Origin: an uncultured delta proteobacterium
Lineage (GTDB): Bacteria > Desulfobacterota > Zymogenia > Zymogenales > Zymogenaceae
Reading direction: 5' to 3'
Assembly: GCA_963735595.1 (NCBI GenBank)
Contig: CAVTLK010000005.1
Span: 32,001 to 96,000 of the forward strand
DNA length: 64,000 nucleotides
Of this stretch, positions 63,164-64,000 are shown piece by piece (positions within the stretch are counted from its first letter, which is position 1; every line of letters begins with the position of its first letter). The translations under genes and the position numbers were made by a program. The notes beneath the pieces are model-generated. The model was given only the letters and a program-made list of their open reading frames with translations. It was not told where the DNA came from and ran no database searches.

Positions 63164-63253
63164 GGCCGTCTTTCAATACCGAACAAACCCGGCGCCACGA
63201 TTGTCAGATAACAGTGAGACGAGGGCGGCGCCAGCCGAATGGTCCATACGCGC

Positions 63254-64000
63254 ATGAGTATCCTGATCGGCACGAGCGGCTTTTCCTTTCCCGACTGGGT
63301 CGGGACCGTCTATCCGGCGGGCCTCGCCAAGCCCGAGTGGCTCGTCTATTACGAGCGTGAGCTGGGCTTTTCGGCCCTCGAGATAAACTATACCTACTAT
63401 TCCATGCCGTCCCGGAAGACCCTTGGGGCCATGAGCGCCAAGACCTCGGCCGATTTTACCTTTGTGGTCAAGGCTCACGGTTCCATGACCCACACCCTCT
63501 GGGCGGACAGGAAGCGGCAGGAGATGGTGGACAACCGCGAGTCCTTCGCCGCGTTTACCGGCGGGGTATCGGTGCTGGCCGGGGAAGGTAAGCTCTCGGC
63601 GAGTGCTGGCCCAGTTTCCCTATTTCTTTCACCGCACCGCTCCCAACGAACGATACCTCGCCCAGTTTCGGGAACTCATGGGCGATATCCCGACGACCGT
63701 CGAGTTCCGCAACCGCGACTGGCACGACGAATCGGCCATGCAGATCCTGCAAGACAACGGTCTGGGCTACTGCGTTGTGGATGAGCCGAAGCTGCCCGGC
63801 CTCATGCCCTTTTACCCCGCAGCCACAACCGATATCGGCTACTTCCGGTTCCACGGCAGGAACCCCCGCTGGTTCAACGCGCCGGTGGAGGTTCGGTACG
63901 ACTACCGGTATTCGCCCGAAGAGCTCTCCGAGCTGATCGTCCCGATCGTCGATCTGTCCAAGAAGACCAAAAAAACCCTCGTCTTTTTCAACAACTGCCA
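63254..64000 (+). CDS. DUF72 family protein (apparent frameshift ~63600; runs off the window end)
   Basis: IGTSGFSFPDWVG.VYP, LEINYTYY, FVVKAH, then LAQFP, VEFRN, CVVDEP, YFRFHGRN and FFNNC. Confidence 0.88.

Overview
GC-rich bacterial chromosomal segment, probably from an anaerobe; the gene content looks Desulfobacterota/deltaproteobacteria-like (inference only). From left to right it holds: (1) lutABC, divergent from a Zn-dehydrogenase and an unusual glycyl radical enzyme that has an N-terminal extension and no activase in the window, followed by a second Zn-dehydrogenase and a split transketolase; (2) an ArsS-type radical SAM / fused TIGR04282-04283 glycosyltransferase / VTT / MerA-like / sterol-desaturase cluster; (3) a sulfite-oxidase-family lipoprotein; (4) divergent tRNA-Ala(GGC) and tRNA-Leu(CAA); (5) a ~10.3 kb integrase-less island bounded by a 66-bp tRNA-Leu direct repeat, carrying AIM24, an ABC transporter coupled to a beta-propeller, a 682-aa multi-TM protein and two zinc-ribbon proteins; (6) a sigma-54 module made of degenerate signalling domains; (7) a B12 radical SAM and a giant NdvB/Cgs-type cyclic beta-1,2-glucan synthase, ending at a chimeric tRNA 3' remnant; (8) acyl-CoA ligase/amidohydrolase/SSS genes, GH32 plus MFS, assorted hydrolases and transporters, a glycosylation module and a partial DUF72. 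Many genes are broken by apparent single-base insertions, most likely long-read consensus errors. The best candidates for undescribed biology are the tRNA-Leu island cargo and the glycyl radical enzyme locus. All family assignments come from motif recognition by eye, not from database searches.
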